This document shows, in pieces, positions 1 to 12,345 of a stretch of DNA of 64,000 nt (position 1 is the stretch's first letter; the number at the start of each line of letters is the position of its first letter). Source of the stretch: Mustelus asterias (taxonomy: Eukaryota); contig NC_135830.1 of NCBI RefSeq assembly GCF_964213995.1, positions 4,464,001-4,528,000 of the forward strand, read 5' to 3'. Below the pieces are notes generated by a model. That model was not told the origin of the DNA and did no database searches. It was given only the letters and a program-made list of their open reading frames with translations. The translations under genes and the position numbers were made by a program.

Positions 1-8
1 TCCGCACC

Positions 9-936
9 ATGAAGAAGCCGTGGAAATGTGGAGACTGAGGGTGGGGATTCCAGTTCCCATCTGCACTGGAAACCCATCGGCGCAGTCACACCGGGGAGAG
101 ACCGTTCACCTGCCCTCAGTCTGGAAATGGATTCACTGAGTTAAACATCCTGCGGATGCACCAGCGAGTTCACACTGGAGAGAGGCCGTACAAATGCACA
201 GAGTGTGGGAAGGAATTCACTCAGTTATCCAGCCAGCTGAAACACCAGGTAATTCACACCGGGGAGAAACCGTTCACCTGCTCTGAACGTGGGAAGAGAT
301 TTACTCAGTCTTCCAGCCTGCTGAGACATCAGCGAGTTCACACTGGGGAGAGGCCATTCACCTACCCTGAGTGTGGAAAGGGATTCACTGAATCATCAAA
401 CCTGCTAACACACAAGCGAGTCCGCACCAGAGAGTGACCTTTTATCTGTTCCGTGTGTGGGAAAGGATTCACTCAGTTCATCAACCTGCAGATTCACCAG
501 CGAGTTCACACCAGGGAGAGACCTTTCACTTACTCTGAGTGCGCGAAGGGATTTACTGAGCCATCAAACTTACTGATACACAAGCGGGTTCACACAGGAG
601 AGAGGCCCTTTGGCTGCTCTGCTTTTGCGAAAGGATTCAGGGATGTTTTCACCCTGTGGAACCACCAGCGGGCTCACACTGGGGGTGAGGCCATTCACCT
701 GCCCTGTGTGTGGGAAGGGATTCACTCTGCGATCAAACATGCTGAGACACCGGCGAGCTCATACTGGAGAGAGGCCGTTCATCTGCTCTGACTGTGGGAA
801 GAAATTTATTGATTCATCTCATCTGCTGACACACCAGCGAGTTCACACTGGGGAGAGGCCGTTCACCTGCTCTCAGTGTGGGAAGGGATTCACTCAGTCA
901 TCCCAACTGCTGAGACACCAGCGAGTTTGCAAGTGA
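9..936 (+). pseudogene. C2H2 zinc-finger (Kruppel-type array) pseudogene, about 11 fingers
   Basis: ATG AAG AAG CCG TGG AAA TGT (MKKPWKC) followed by HTGE(R/K)P linkers. In-frame TGA at 36-38 and 435-437, a frameshift near 681-687, and several lost Cys ligands (TYPEC, TYSEC, CSAF). Ends RHQRVCK*. Confidence 0.88.
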
Positions 937-1974
937 TGACAGGGGTTGGATTCTGCTGTTATTGCTGTTGTTAATCACATCCAGGACTGAACCATGTTCA
1001 TTCTGACAGTTGGTGAAGTGGGAGGGTCGGAGGGTTTCTTTCTGCTGGACTGGCCGGTCTCACAACTTTGCTTCCAGTGGGCTGATGCTCTTTGAGCCTG
1101 AGAGAGCACATTTCCACTGAAATGATCCACAAAAGCTGATGAAGGATATTTCTTTTTTCCTGGATAATAAATAGTGTTTTTCCACCACTACAGGTAGATC
1201 TAAAATACTACATTTGTCTCCGTTCCATTGAGTCTACAGCACAGGGCCAGGCCAGTCGTGTAACTAAGTCTGCACGCTAGAGTTTAGTGAAACCCAACCA
1301 TTTTCAGTTTAATTCCAGTTACATTCACAGCAATGAAAGGTCAAAATGTTATTTTGTTCTCGCACAGAGATAAGAAGCCATTTAATGTTCAGTATAATCA
1401 CTCACATGTATTCATGAAGGGTTATTACATCAATAGAAATCAGCCAGAAACAGGCGACTGACCAAATAGTGAAGCTCAGTTAAGTTTCAATTGAAGGATA
1501 AGTTATTAATAATCAGCAGTTAATGAGAAGTCACTTTAGGATATTTCTGTATTTCTCCATCAGCTTTTCTTCTGAGGACATGTCAGAGCTGGGAAAGAAA
1601 TGGGATGAGCCTTGGACTCTCTCCCTATCAGGGACACACACACTGCCCTTGACTGTTGAGTCTGTCTGAATGAATGGGATTCCTGTAAAGACATCAAGAT
1701 AACAGACATAGCTGAAAGGAAGGCATTGTCCTAAGTTGAAGACCAGTGATTAACTGGAAGCAATGGAGTTGACTCGATTGACAAATTATAGACCTCTTAG
1801 CCGTTTCCAACCACTTGCCTCAGGTAGGCTCACGACATCTTTTGGGTGTAAAAAGGGGGGTTTCCGGGATCCACCTTTGTGAACATCGAATGTGGGAGAA
1901 GCGGTTTGGATCTTCAGGGATAGTCGAGCTTCCTCCTATCAACGTGAAGGTAGTTTCCAATAAAGCTCAGGGAA

Positions 1975-3958
1975 GAGGAGATGATCCATCTCGGCCTCCT
2001 CCACTGGCCCCCAGCATCTCGGATGCCAGTCTCCAACCAATTTGATTCACTCCATGTGATATCAAGAAACGGTTGGAGGCACTGCATATTGCAAAAGCAA
2101 TGGGCCCTGGTAACATTCCGGCAATAGTACTTTAATACTGGGAAGCTTTTTCCCAGGTCGGAGGTGATGAGCACAAGGGGTCACGGGTTCAAGGTGAGGG
2201 GGGCAAGGTTCAACACAGATGTCAGGGGGACGTATTTTACACAGAGGGTGGTGGGGGCCTGGAATGCACTGCCAAGCAAGGTGATTGAGGCGGACACGCT
2301 GGGATCTTTTAAGACTTATCTAGATAGCCACATGAACAGACTGGGAATAGAGGGATACAAACAAATGATCTAGTTGGGCACATGAGCGGCTCAGGCTTGG
2401 AGGGCCGAAGGGCCTGTTCCTGTGCTGTTTTGTTCTTTGTTGTTCTTCTTTGTACTGAAAACTTGTGCTCCAGAACTTGCCGCTCCCCTAGCCAAGCTCT
2501 TCCAGTACAGTTACAACACTGGCATCTACCCAACAATATGGAAAATTGCCCAGGTATGTCCTGTACACAAAAAGCAGGACAAATCCAACCCGGCCAATTA
2601 CCGCCCAATCAATCAACTCTCGATTATCAGTAAAGTGATGGAAGGGGTCATCAACAGTGCTATCAAGCAGCACCTGCTCAGCAATAACCTGCTCAGTGAC
2701 GCCTAGTTTGAGTTTTGCCAGGGTCACTCAGCTCCTGACCTCATACAGCCTTTGTCCAAACATGGACAAAACAGCTGAATTCCTGAAGTGAGGTGAGAGT
2801 GACAGCTCTTGACATCAAGGCCACATTTGACCAAGTGTGGCATCAAGGAGCCGGAATGAAACTGGAATCAATGGGTATCTGGGGCAAACTCTCCGCTTGC
2901 TGGAATCGTACCTGGTACATAGGAAGATGGTTGTGGTTGTGGAGGGTCAGTCATCTCAGCTCCATGACATCTCTGCAGGAGTCCCTCAGGGTAGTGCCCT
3001 AGGCCAACAATCTTCAGCTGCTTCATCAATGATCTTCCCTCCATCATAAGGTCAGAAATGGGGATGTTTGCCGATGATTGCACAATGTTCAGCACCATGC
3101 GTGACTCCTCAGATACTGAAGCAGTCCATGTTCAAATGCAACAAGATCTGCACAATATCCAGGCTTGGGCTGACAAGTGGCAAATAACATTCATGCCACA
3201 CAAATGCCAGGCAATGACCATCGCCAATAAGAGACACTCGAACCACCGCCCCTTAACATTCAATGGTGTAACCATCACTGAATCCCCCACTGTTAATATC
3301 GTTGGGGTTACCATTGACCAGAAACTCAACTGGACTCACCACATAAACACAGTGGCTATAAGAGCAGGTCAGAGGTTTGGAATACTGTGGCAAGTTACTC
3401 ACCTCCTGACTCCCCAGAGGGCTATCCACCATCTACAAGGCACAAGTCAGCAGTTTGATGGAATACTCCCCAGTTGCCTGGATGGGTGCGGCTCCATCAA
3501 CACTCAAGAAGCTTGACACCATCCAGAACAAATCAGCCTGCTTGATTGGCACCACATCTACAAACATTCAATCCCTCCACCACCGACGCTCAGTAGCAGC
3601 AGTGTGTACAAGACGCCCTGCAGCAATTCACCAAAGATCCTTGGACAGCACCTTCCAAACCCACAACCACTTCCATCTGGAAGGACAAGGGCAGCAGATA
3701 CATGGGAACACCACCAGCTGCAAGTTCACCTCCAAGTCACTCACCATCCTGACTTGGAAATGTATCGCTGTTCCTTCGCAGTCATTGGGACAAAATCCTG
3801 GAATTCCCCCCCTCACGGCAATGTGAGTCAACCCACAGCAAATGGACTGCAGCGATTCAAAAAGGCAGCTCACCACCACCTTCTCAAGGGCAACTAGGGA
3901 TGGGCAAGAAATGCTAACCAGCCAGCGATGCCCATGTCCCACGAATGAATTAAAAAAA
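1975..3958 (+). mobile_element. 5'-truncated non-LTR retrotransposon (L2/CR1 group) ORF2 RT remnant
   Basis: Frameshifted RT motifs NPANYRPI, GVPQGS and MFADDCT. The 3' end AAGGGCAACTAGGGATGGGCAA...GAATGAAT plus A-run resembles the tail of the DeuSINE copies in this window. Confidence 0.85.
2132..2451 (+). mobile_element. CR1 LINE 3' fragment nested in the older LINE
   Basis: TRGH..KVRG..F..FTQRVVGAWNALP C-terminal motif and (GTTCTTT) tail. Flanked by the direct repeat GTACT (2127-2131, 2452-2456). Confidence 0.85.
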
Positions 3959-4464
3959 GATGAGTAGTTAGTCCAGGGACTGGTTCAGTGATGGGTTCCC
4001 TGCCGTCGAAACCCCAGGAAGGTGCCATCTGTGCTTCTGGGAGGCAGTGACTGTTTCTCTGTAAGCTCCAGGAGTTCACGTTGTCATCCACTTCTCTTGG
4101 ATTTAAAAGTGTGGAGTTGGGAGAGTATCATTTATGAGTAAAGTTTACCCGACATCCCATCATCAGTTTCCAAAAGTTGCATATAATCAATAAACTTTGA
4201 TACAATTGACTGATTTGGTGTCTGACTCTTTGCTTGATGGTTATATCTCTGCCAAATTCTAACCCTTTAAAAGGACAATTTGGGATCCAGAATTGGGCAG
4301 TGTACAGCCAAATTGGAACAGAATAAAAGACCAAAAATAAACCTAATTTAAACTGATAATGTCTTTGTAACAATCAGCAGCCCCAGCCTTTCCTGAGGGC
4401 TAAATGCTCTCAGTTCTGGGATTATTCTTGTGAATCTTTGTTGCCCTTTCTCCAGTGCATCCAT

Positions 4465-4764
4465 TTCTAGAGTGGTTAGCACTGCTGCCTCACAGCGTCA
4501 GGGATCTGAGTTCAGTTCTGGCCTTGGGTCACTGTCTGTGTGGAGTTTGCACATTCTTCCCATGTCTGCATGCGTTTCCTCCAGGCGCTCTGGTTTCCAC
4601 CCACAGTCCAAAGATGTGCAGATTAGGTGGATTAGCTGTGGCAAATACGTGGGGTTACAAGAATAGGGTGGGGTGGACCTGGCTGGGATGAACTTTCGGA
4701 GAGTCATTGCAGACTTAGTGGGCTGAATGGCCTCCTTCCACATTGGAGGAATTCTATGATTCTA
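4465..4764 (+). mobile_element. HE1-type tRNA-derived SINE
   Basis: GTGGTTAGCACTGCTGCCTCACAGC head, CACTGTCTGTGTGGAGTTTGCAC core and ATTCTATGATTCTA tail. Confidence 0.85.
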
Positions 4765-5379
4765 AATGGAGATCACAAATGATGACAGTATTCCCAGCGC
4801 AGTATAGCCATGCTTCTAATCAAGTCAAACATAACTTCCCTTCTGTTCAATTCTATCCCTTGAGAATGGGATCTGATATATGGCCCTCAGACTTTAGGGA
4901 AGATGTGAAGTTCTTCGAGAGGATGCAGAGGAGATTTGCGAGAATGGCATCTCGCATCATTAAAAAGTACCTGGATCAGCACTTGGCAAATCAGAACATT
5001 TAAGGCTATGGGCCAGGTAAATGGGATTAGGCGGGAGGTCAGTTGTTTCTTGCGTGTGGGTGCAGACTCGATGGGCTGAAGGGCCTCTTCTGCACTGTAC
5101 AATTCTATGATGAGGCAATTCAGTTGGAGAGACTGGAGCAGCTGAAATTTCTCTCCTTAGATCAGTCAGACGTTAAGGTCTAGAATGGGGCCATTCGGTC
5201 CACTGATTCAATGCTGGCTCTCTGCTGATCAAACCCTTGCCCCCTTCTATTTATTGACAGATCCATGCTCACTGCTTCCTGCCCTGGACACAGAGAGCTG
5301 GAAATCTCCATGCAGGCGGCCAGACAGATATATGTCTATCTGACTGGACTAACAATGTGTGGAATGTACAGGCTGGGGG

Positions 5380-5700
5380 AACAATGGGTGGGGGCGGGGC
5401 TCCCGGGTCCGCGCGCCTGAACCCGGAGACGTCACCGCGGAGCAGAGTGATTGCTATTGGCTGATTCAGGCAGGGCTCCATTGTGCCGTCACAATGACTC
5501 AGAGGGGCGTTCCCAGCACACAGTGTCCCATTGGCAGCAATATCGCTGGTTACAGAAGCAGCACACTGCGGATTGGACACCAGCTCAGCGCGGCGGGCGG
5601 TCAAAGCCCCGCCCACCCCCACGTGGGCCCGGGCTCCGCCCCCTCATTGTCGACATGCGGCACATTGACCAATGGCAACGCCTGGAGGACCGGATGTGCG
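5380..5700. promoter_or_regulatory. CpG-island promoter with GC boxes and CCAAT boxes upstream of the zinc-finger gene
   Basis: CpG-dense, with GGGGCGGGG (~5391), GCCCCGCCC (~5606), CTCCGCCC (~5634) and ATTGG/CCAAT at ~5456, 5530, 5572 and 5669. Confidence 0.65.
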
Positions 5701-5771
5701 CTGTTCCAGTGCACTGGCTAAAGAGCTTTAACCAGTTACACAGCCTGAATAAATGTCACAGCATTCACAGC

Positions 5772-6101
5772 GGGGAGAGACTGTACTCGGTGTGTTCTAT
5801 GTGTGGGGAGAGACTGTACTCGGTGTGTTCTATGTGTGGGGAGAGACTCTACTCAGTGTGTTCTATGTGTGGGGAGAGACTGTACTCGGTGTGTTCTATG
5901 TGTGGGGAGAGACTGTACTCGGTGTGTTCTATGTGTGGGGAGAGACTGTACTCGGTGTGTTCTATGTGTGGGGAGAGACTGTACTCGGTGTGTTCTATGT
6001 GTGGGGAGAGACTGTACTCGGTGTGTTCTATGTGTGGGGAGAGACTGTACTCGGTGTGTTCTATGTGTGGGGAGAGACTGTACTCGGTGTGTTCTATGTG
6101 T
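5772..6101 (+). repeat. 33-bp minisatellite x10 (GGGGAGAGACTGTACTCGGTGTGTTCTATGTGT)
   Basis: Ten near-perfect units, translating as (GERLYSVCSMC)10 in the frame of a degenerate zinc finger. Confidence 0.95.
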
Positions 6102-6155
6102 GGACGAGGCTTCAACTGATTGTCCACCCAAGAGAGCGGCAAGGACACCTGCACC

Positions 6156-6746
6156 ATGGAGAAACCATGGAAATGTGCAGACTGTGGGAAGAGATACAGA
6201 GCCCCATCAGAGCTGGAAGCTCATCAGCGCAGCCACACTGGGGAGAGGCCGTACACCTGCTCTCAGTGTGGGGAGGGATTCACTCGGTCATCCCACCTGA
6301 AGAGACATCAGCGAGTTCACACTGGGGAGAGGCCATTCACCTGCTCTCAGTGTGGGAAGGGTTTCACTCGGCTTTCCAATCTGCGGACACACCAGCGAGT
6401 TCACACTGGGGAGAGACCATTCAACTGCTCTCAGTGTGGGGAGGGATTCACTCGATTATCCAACCTGCGGAGACACCAGCGAGTTCACACTGGGGAGAGA
6501 CCATTCACCTGCTCCCAGTGTGGGAAACGATTCACTCAGTTACGCAGCCTGCAAAGACACCAGCAAGCTCATACTGGGGAGAGGCAGTTCACCTGCTCTC
6601 AGTGTCGGAAGGGATTCACTGACTTATGCAGCCTGCGGAGACACCAGCGAGTTCACACTGGGGAGAAACCGTTTACCTGCTCTATGTGTGGGAAGGGCTT
6701 CAGAGTTTCATCCAAGCTGCTGAGACACCAACATGTTCACGAGTGA
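6156..6746 (+). CDS. C2H2 zinc-finger protein, 7 fingers, 196 aa, intact (no KRAB/SCAN seen)
   Basis: ACC-ATG-G start (MEKPWKC, the same start motif as the other two ZNF copies), seven CxxC-x12-HxxxH fingers with TGERP/TGEKP linkers, no stops. Confidence 0.85.
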   Translation: MEKPWKCADCGKRYRAPSELEAHQRSHTGERPYTCSQCGEGFTRSSHLKRHQRVHTGERPFTCSQCGKGFTRLSNLRTHQRVHTGERPFNCSQCGEGFTRLSNLRRHQRVHTGERPFTCSQCGKRFTQLRSLQRHQQAHTGERQFTCSQCRKGFTDLCSLRRHQRVHTGEKPFTCSMCGKGFRVSSKLLRHQHVHE

Positions 6747-7689
6747 TTTCAGGGATTGGATTGTGTTGTTATTGTTTCTGCTCTCAATTACTTCCACAAC
6801 TGCATTTGTTAAAGTTTATCTGGGGAATTAACCTTGTCTCGAGTCTTCAATTAAAGGTATTTCTGGGAGTTTAAAAAGAGAACTACAAGAACGCTTAAGG
6901 AATTTATTTCAGTTATTGTTGTAAAGCACGTGTGAAGTTTCTCTGCTGGTGTATGGATAATATTTGTGGGTTGAATGCTTCAAGCTTTGAGGTCTTCTAT
7001 CTGTGATTTAAATCAAACAGATTTTAAAAAGGGAACTGTAATTAACAAAGTTTTTTTGTTCAGAAGTTATGAACCTGGAGCCATATTTACTGGCCAGAGA
7101 CAGGATTCCAGGATATTTTACTAAACATGCGGGAATTTTAATCCGGATACAATTCACACATGTGAGAATGAGAGTTTTAATTTGTAATGGTTATTTAAAA
7201 TTTGGGACATGTGAAATGATTCTGACCAATCCTGTGTTGGATTGATCTTGGGTTAAACTTCCTGTCAGGTCCAAAGATTTATTCCTGATGCAATTGACAC
7301 AATGAAAAGGAAAATTCTAGAATTGGATACTGAAGGAAAAAGTTTAAAATGTGAGATTATTAAATAGAAATGATTCCCAGACCGTGTGTTCGTTAGATTA
7401 AAACAAAGGAAGGGTGCTGATGTCCATTTGAGAACTTTTAATCCACCCCTTTTCAAACCAAGGGAGTCTGGTACCAAAGAAAGCCCAAGGATAGTAGATA
7501 AGGGGGTCCGGAAAACATCATGATGGGGCACCTATCTGTTCATGAGGTGATCACAAAACCCCATAATGCCCAGATACTAATTTCATTGCACCAATATAAT
7601 TAATGTAATCTATAACCATTCTGATTGGATTGTGTCCAGTCAGGATGGGCTGAGTAACTGGATAAGAATTGATGGTTTTCTTTGTTGGG

Positions 7690-8476
7690 TGGAGATAAAT
7701 GCGAAGTGATGTATTTTGGAAGAACTAATGTAGGGGGGAGTTATACAATAAATGGCAGAGCCATCAAGAGTATAGAAGCACAGAGGGACCTCGGTGTGTA
7801 AGTCCACAAATCCTTGAAGGTGGCAGCACAGGTGGAGAAGGTGATGAAGAAGGCATATGGTATGCTTGCCTTTATAGGACGGGGTATAGAGTATAAAAGC
7901 TGGAGTCTGATGATGCAGCTGTATAGAATGCTGGTTAGGCCACATTTGGAGTACTGTGTCCAGTTCTGGTCGCCGCACTACCAGAAGGACGTGGAGGCGT
8001 TAGAGAGAGTGCAGAGAAGGTTTACCAGGATGTTGCCTGGTATGGAGGGTCTTGGCTATGAGGAGAGATTGGGTAGACTGGGGTTGTTCTCCCTGGAAAG
8101 ACGGAGAATGAGGGGAGATCTAATAGAGGTATACAAGATTATGAAGGGTATTCATAGGGTGAACAGTGGGAAGCTTTTTCCCAGGTCGGAGGTGACGATC
8201 ACGAGGGGTCACGGGCTCAAGCTGAGAGGGGCGAAGTATAACTCAGATATCAGAGGGACGTTTTTTACACAGAGGGTGGTGGGGGCCTGGAATGCGCTGC
8301 CAAGTAGGGTGGTGGAGGTAGGCACGCTGACATCGTTTAAGACTTACCTGGATAGTCACATGAGCAGCCTGGGAATGGAGGGATACAAACGATTGGTCTA
8401 GTTGGACCAAGGAACGGCACAGGCTTGGAGGGCCGAAGGGCCTGTTTCCTGTGCTGTACTGTTCTTTGTTCTTTGT
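7690..8476 (+). mobile_element. CR1 LINE 3' fragment
   Basis: ORF 7814-8401 with LVRPHLEYCVQFWSP and FFTQRVVGAWNALP; (GTTCTTT) tail. Confidence 0.9.
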
Positions 8477-8549
8477 CAGTCCCTGTGGGTTCTCCCCGCT
8501 GGGACTGAATAACTCAATAAATTGTTTGTCGATTGAATCAGGATTGAGT

Positions 8550-9440
8550 GTTGAATGATCTGCAGAGAGATTTGGATAGGCTGAGCGAGTGGGCGAGGAT
8601 CTGGCAGATGGAATATAACGTTAGCAAATGTGAGGTTATCCACTTTGGAAGAAATAATAGTAAATTGGAATATTATTTAAATGGAGAAAAATTACATCGT
8701 GCGACTGTGCAGAGGGACCTGGGGGTCCTTGTGCACGAATCGCAAAAACTCAGTCTGCAGGTGCAGCAGGTGATCAAGAAGGCGAATGGAATGTTGGCCT
8801 TTATCGCGAGGGGGATAGAATATAAAAGCAGGGAGGTCTTGCTGCAACTGTACAAGGCACTGGTGAGGCCGCAACTGGAGTACTGTGTGCAGTTTTGGTC
8901 CCCTTATTTGCGAAAGGATATATTGGCCTTGGAGGGAGTGCAGAGAAGGTTCACCAAGTTGATACCGGAGATGAGGGGTGTAGCTTATGAGGAGAGATTA
9001 AACAGATTAGGTCTGTACTCGTTGGAGTTTAGAAGGATGAGGGGTGATCTTATAGAGACATATAAGATAATGAAGGGGCTGGATAGGGTAGAGGTGGAGA
9101 GATTCTTTCCACTTAGAAGGGAAACCAGAACAAGAGGGCACAGCCTCAAAATAAGGGGGAGCCGGTTCAGAACAGAGTTGAGGGGGAACTTCTTCTCTCA
9201 GAGGGTAGTGAATCTCTGGAATTCTCTGCCCATTGAAGTCGTGGAGGCTACCTCGTTGAATATGTTTAAATCACGGGTAGATAGTTTTCTGATCGATAAG
9301 GGAATTAGGGGTTATGGGGAGCAGGCGGGTAAGTGGAACTGATTCGCTTCAGATCAGCCATGATCTTGTTGAATGGCGGGGCAGGCTCGAAGGGCCAGAT
9401 GGCCTACTCCTGCTCCTATTTCTTATGTTCTTATGATTCT
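8550..9440 (+). mobile_element. CR1 LINE 3' fragment (different subfamily)
   Basis: ORF 8548-9342, the RT C-terminal region (WQMEYNVSKCEVIHFG...RPQLEYCVQFWSP); tail CCTATTTCTTATGTTCTTATG. Confidence 0.9.
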
Positions 9441-9444
9441 TCTG

Positions 9445-10662
9445 AGTTCATTCCCTCCAACACAATTCATCCTTGGGAGTGGCCTGATAGGCCGTTGTCC
9501 AGACATGTGGACTTTGGGGAACCTTTCATGAATCACATGTGTTTGGTTGTTGTAAATGTGCATTCAAAATGGTTGGAAGCACAGACCATGAGTAATATTC
9601 CGGCTCCTGTGACAATAGAGAAGCTCTGTCAAATTTTCGCAAGCCCTGGGTTACCAGATTGGCTTGTTTCAGATAACGACACTCTGTTTACAAGTGAGGT
9701 GTTTCAGGAATTCCTGTAAAGGAATGGTCAACGCCATGTGCGTACTGCACCATTTCATCTGGCTACAAATGGTCTCACAGAAAGAGCTGTTCAAACTCTG
9801 AAGGAGGGATTGAAGAGAATGGCAGGCGATACTTTAAGAACAAGCTCTCAAGATTTTTGTTCCAGTTTCGCATCACACCACAATCCACAACCGGACACTC
9901 TCCTGTGGAATTTTTAGGTAGAAGGTTGAAGTCTCATCTGGATCTGCTTCATCCAGATCTCAGAGCAAAAGTGAGCAGGAGACAAGAGAAGCAGAAGGAG
10001 GGACAGGACTACCGCGCCAAAGAGAGGCAGTTCAAACCGGATGATCAGGTTTACTCAGAAACTTTGGGAGTAACCAAAGGTGGTTACCGGGAATAATTTT
10101 AAACCAAAGTGGTCCAGTATCTTTGGTGGTGAGACTGTAAAACGGAAGAGTTGTTCGCAGACACCAAGACCATATTCGCTTGCGGTGTGACCCCGAGTCA
10201 GGAACAGTTTCAGAGTCAGCAACCATTACTGAGAACATGGCAGAGGGTCATGCTGCTGTGGATGTTCACCAGGAAATGGTTCCAGCTTTGCCAGTTGACT
10301 CTGCTGTGGGAGTGGAAGAGGAATGTTCATGTACAGATTCTCAAACAACCTCTTCACCTCCCATTCCAGATCCATCATTACAAGATTTACCAGTGGTATT
10401 GTACAGGTTGCAATGCAACCGCAAAGCTCCTGACAGACTTCCGTGTCATTAAAAACATTACTTTTGTTGTATTTCTGTCCTGATGGGGGATTGAAATTTA
10501 AGGGGAGAATTGTTACAGAGTGTTCTTCTCAACCTCTCTCCCTTCTGAGCATGTGCGGGCTTTGGGTGGGGTTTCAGTCTGCAAGTCCAGGCTGGTTCCA
10601 ATGTTGCCAATTATTTTTAAACTTTGTTATTTATTTATATAAAGAACATCCTGCTTTTAACA
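9445..10662 (+). mobile_element. Gypsy LTR retrotransposon remnant: decayed integrase, polypurine tract and 152-bp 3' LTR (10511-10662)
   Basis: HPWEWP..P..R.HVDF, SKWLE, LVSDN..FTSE.F, TAPFH..TNGL.ERAVQT and RITPQSTTGHSP motifs. AAGGGGAGAAT tract immediately before TGTTA...TAACA termini. Confidence 0.85.
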
Positions 10663-11573
10663 ATGCATTTGACTCCCTTATCTGTGGACTGAAGTTCCCA
10701 CAATTGTAAAGCAGGAAATTAGTTAAATGGACAGCCTGAATTGAGAGACAATTAAAGAATAAATGATTCATTAATACAGTTGTTAGGTTGGAAATGTAAA
10801 TTTGAACACAAAAGTTTATAACGTTTAGAATTATAAAGATATAAAGAATGTTTAAAATGCTGTGGGAATTATAAAATGTTCCCTTCTGAGGCCGACAGAA
10901 TAGAAAAAAACAGATAACAAGACTTGTTAGCGTGGCATGGTGCCACAGTGGTTAGCACTGCTGAGTTCAAAACAATCAGGATCCAATTAAACACACTGCA
11001 CATGGACACACAGTGAGGAAAGTTACAGTAAAATGATATTATAGATTGGGACAATTAAGGGCTTGGGGGAAATAACACAGAGTAAGAACTGTCCACAACT
11101 TGGATAGGGGTAAAGAGAGAGCTGGAGAATCTTTTACATCCATGCTTGATCTGTTGCTTGAAGCATCTGTCCTTATGTACGAGTAACCTGGAACTCACGG
11201 TGCTCTTTCAGAAGAAAAGATCGAGTAGATGTTACTCCAGGCGGGACCAGAACAGAAATGGAAAATAACGGAGTGAAGTTGAGTGAGGGATCAGAGATAG
11301 AGCATGTTTAACAGCTCTCTTGAAAGCCCAGCATGTTAAAGAGCCTGCCAACCCCTCTCACCCACTTTCCCGAAAGTGCATCAATCTCATCAGGAAATGT
11401 CCAGAAAAATCAAATATTTTTACTGATAAAAGTTTATTAATGAAACAGAACATGGTTAAAACAAACAGAAAATGACTTGAGGATCAAAGACAGCCAGAGT
11501 AAAGGGATGTTCACAATGTTCTGGACACAAATGGTTTCTCTTCAGCTGCTCTGTCCCCTGTTCCCGTGACTCC

Positions 11574-12345
11574 TGTCGTGGTTCCCCAGGACGACAATTT
11601 ATTCACATCGATTAAAACAGAGAGTCTGAGCAGCGATCTTCCAAGCAGTAGACTTTATTTCGCAGCACAACAGAATAAAGTCGGGATGTCCGGAACAATC
11701 CGACGAGCCCTCAGGCTTACAGTCTTTTAATGTACATTTCAGCTCCATATCTCAAGATTCTTATCTTACTTTACAATCCGACCTTGATTCTTATCTTACT
11801 TTACAACCGGACCTTCCTTTGGCCACCATTGTTTTTAGTTGACTCTTTATCTGTTTTATTCGCGATTGGTCGCTCCCTGTTACATCTCTTTGTTTCTTAA
11901 ACCATGGTGGTTATATGGTGGTTATAATTCTTGCCCTTATGTAAACTTCTCTGCTTGTACAATAATCGTGGTTTTGCTGACTTAGGCCGAATGTGTTAGA
12001 AAAAACATCCTCACTTTATTCTCTCTTTTTATTATGGACCAACATTAAGTTGAACCACTGAGCAGTATTCATTGTTCTCCCAAGTGACTATTGTTTGCTT
12101 TCGTTAATTAGTGACTGCTATACTACTTCTCTGCTTCCTCTGCTTTGATCATATCAACTATACTTGATTACATTAGGTCATCCATTCTAGGTTTGATTAC
12201 ATTAGGTCACACGAGGTTACTTTAGGTTACATTGGTTACATACCCATCTCACTACTCACCTAAATCTGCTTTATCATTTCACTAAGACCTATGAATCTGA
12301 ATTCCATACCTAACTCATACAATATCCAGTACAATTTCCCTTACA
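11574..12345 (-). mobile_element. Solo LTR, 772 bp, 4-bp TSD
   Basis: TGT...ACA termini, flanked by CTCC (11570-11573, 12346-12349). AATAAA on the minus strand near 11653. Both termini resemble the LTR at 30305-30947. Confidence 0.85.

Noticed and set aside
1250-4370. Possible ERV leader/gag remnant flanking the LINE (1250-1975 and 3960-4370; similar doubt for 6800-7690)
   Set aside because: No recognisable LTR termini, primer-binding site or protein motif, so a call cannot be supported.
5772-6101. CRISPR-like regular repeat
   Set aside because: The units are head-to-tail with no spacers, the context is eukaryotic, and there are no cas genes.
5753-6874. Long alternative-frame ORFs overlapping the minisatellite and zinc fingers
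   Set aside because: Shadow frames of repetitive C2H2 codons and a stop-free 33-bp unit.
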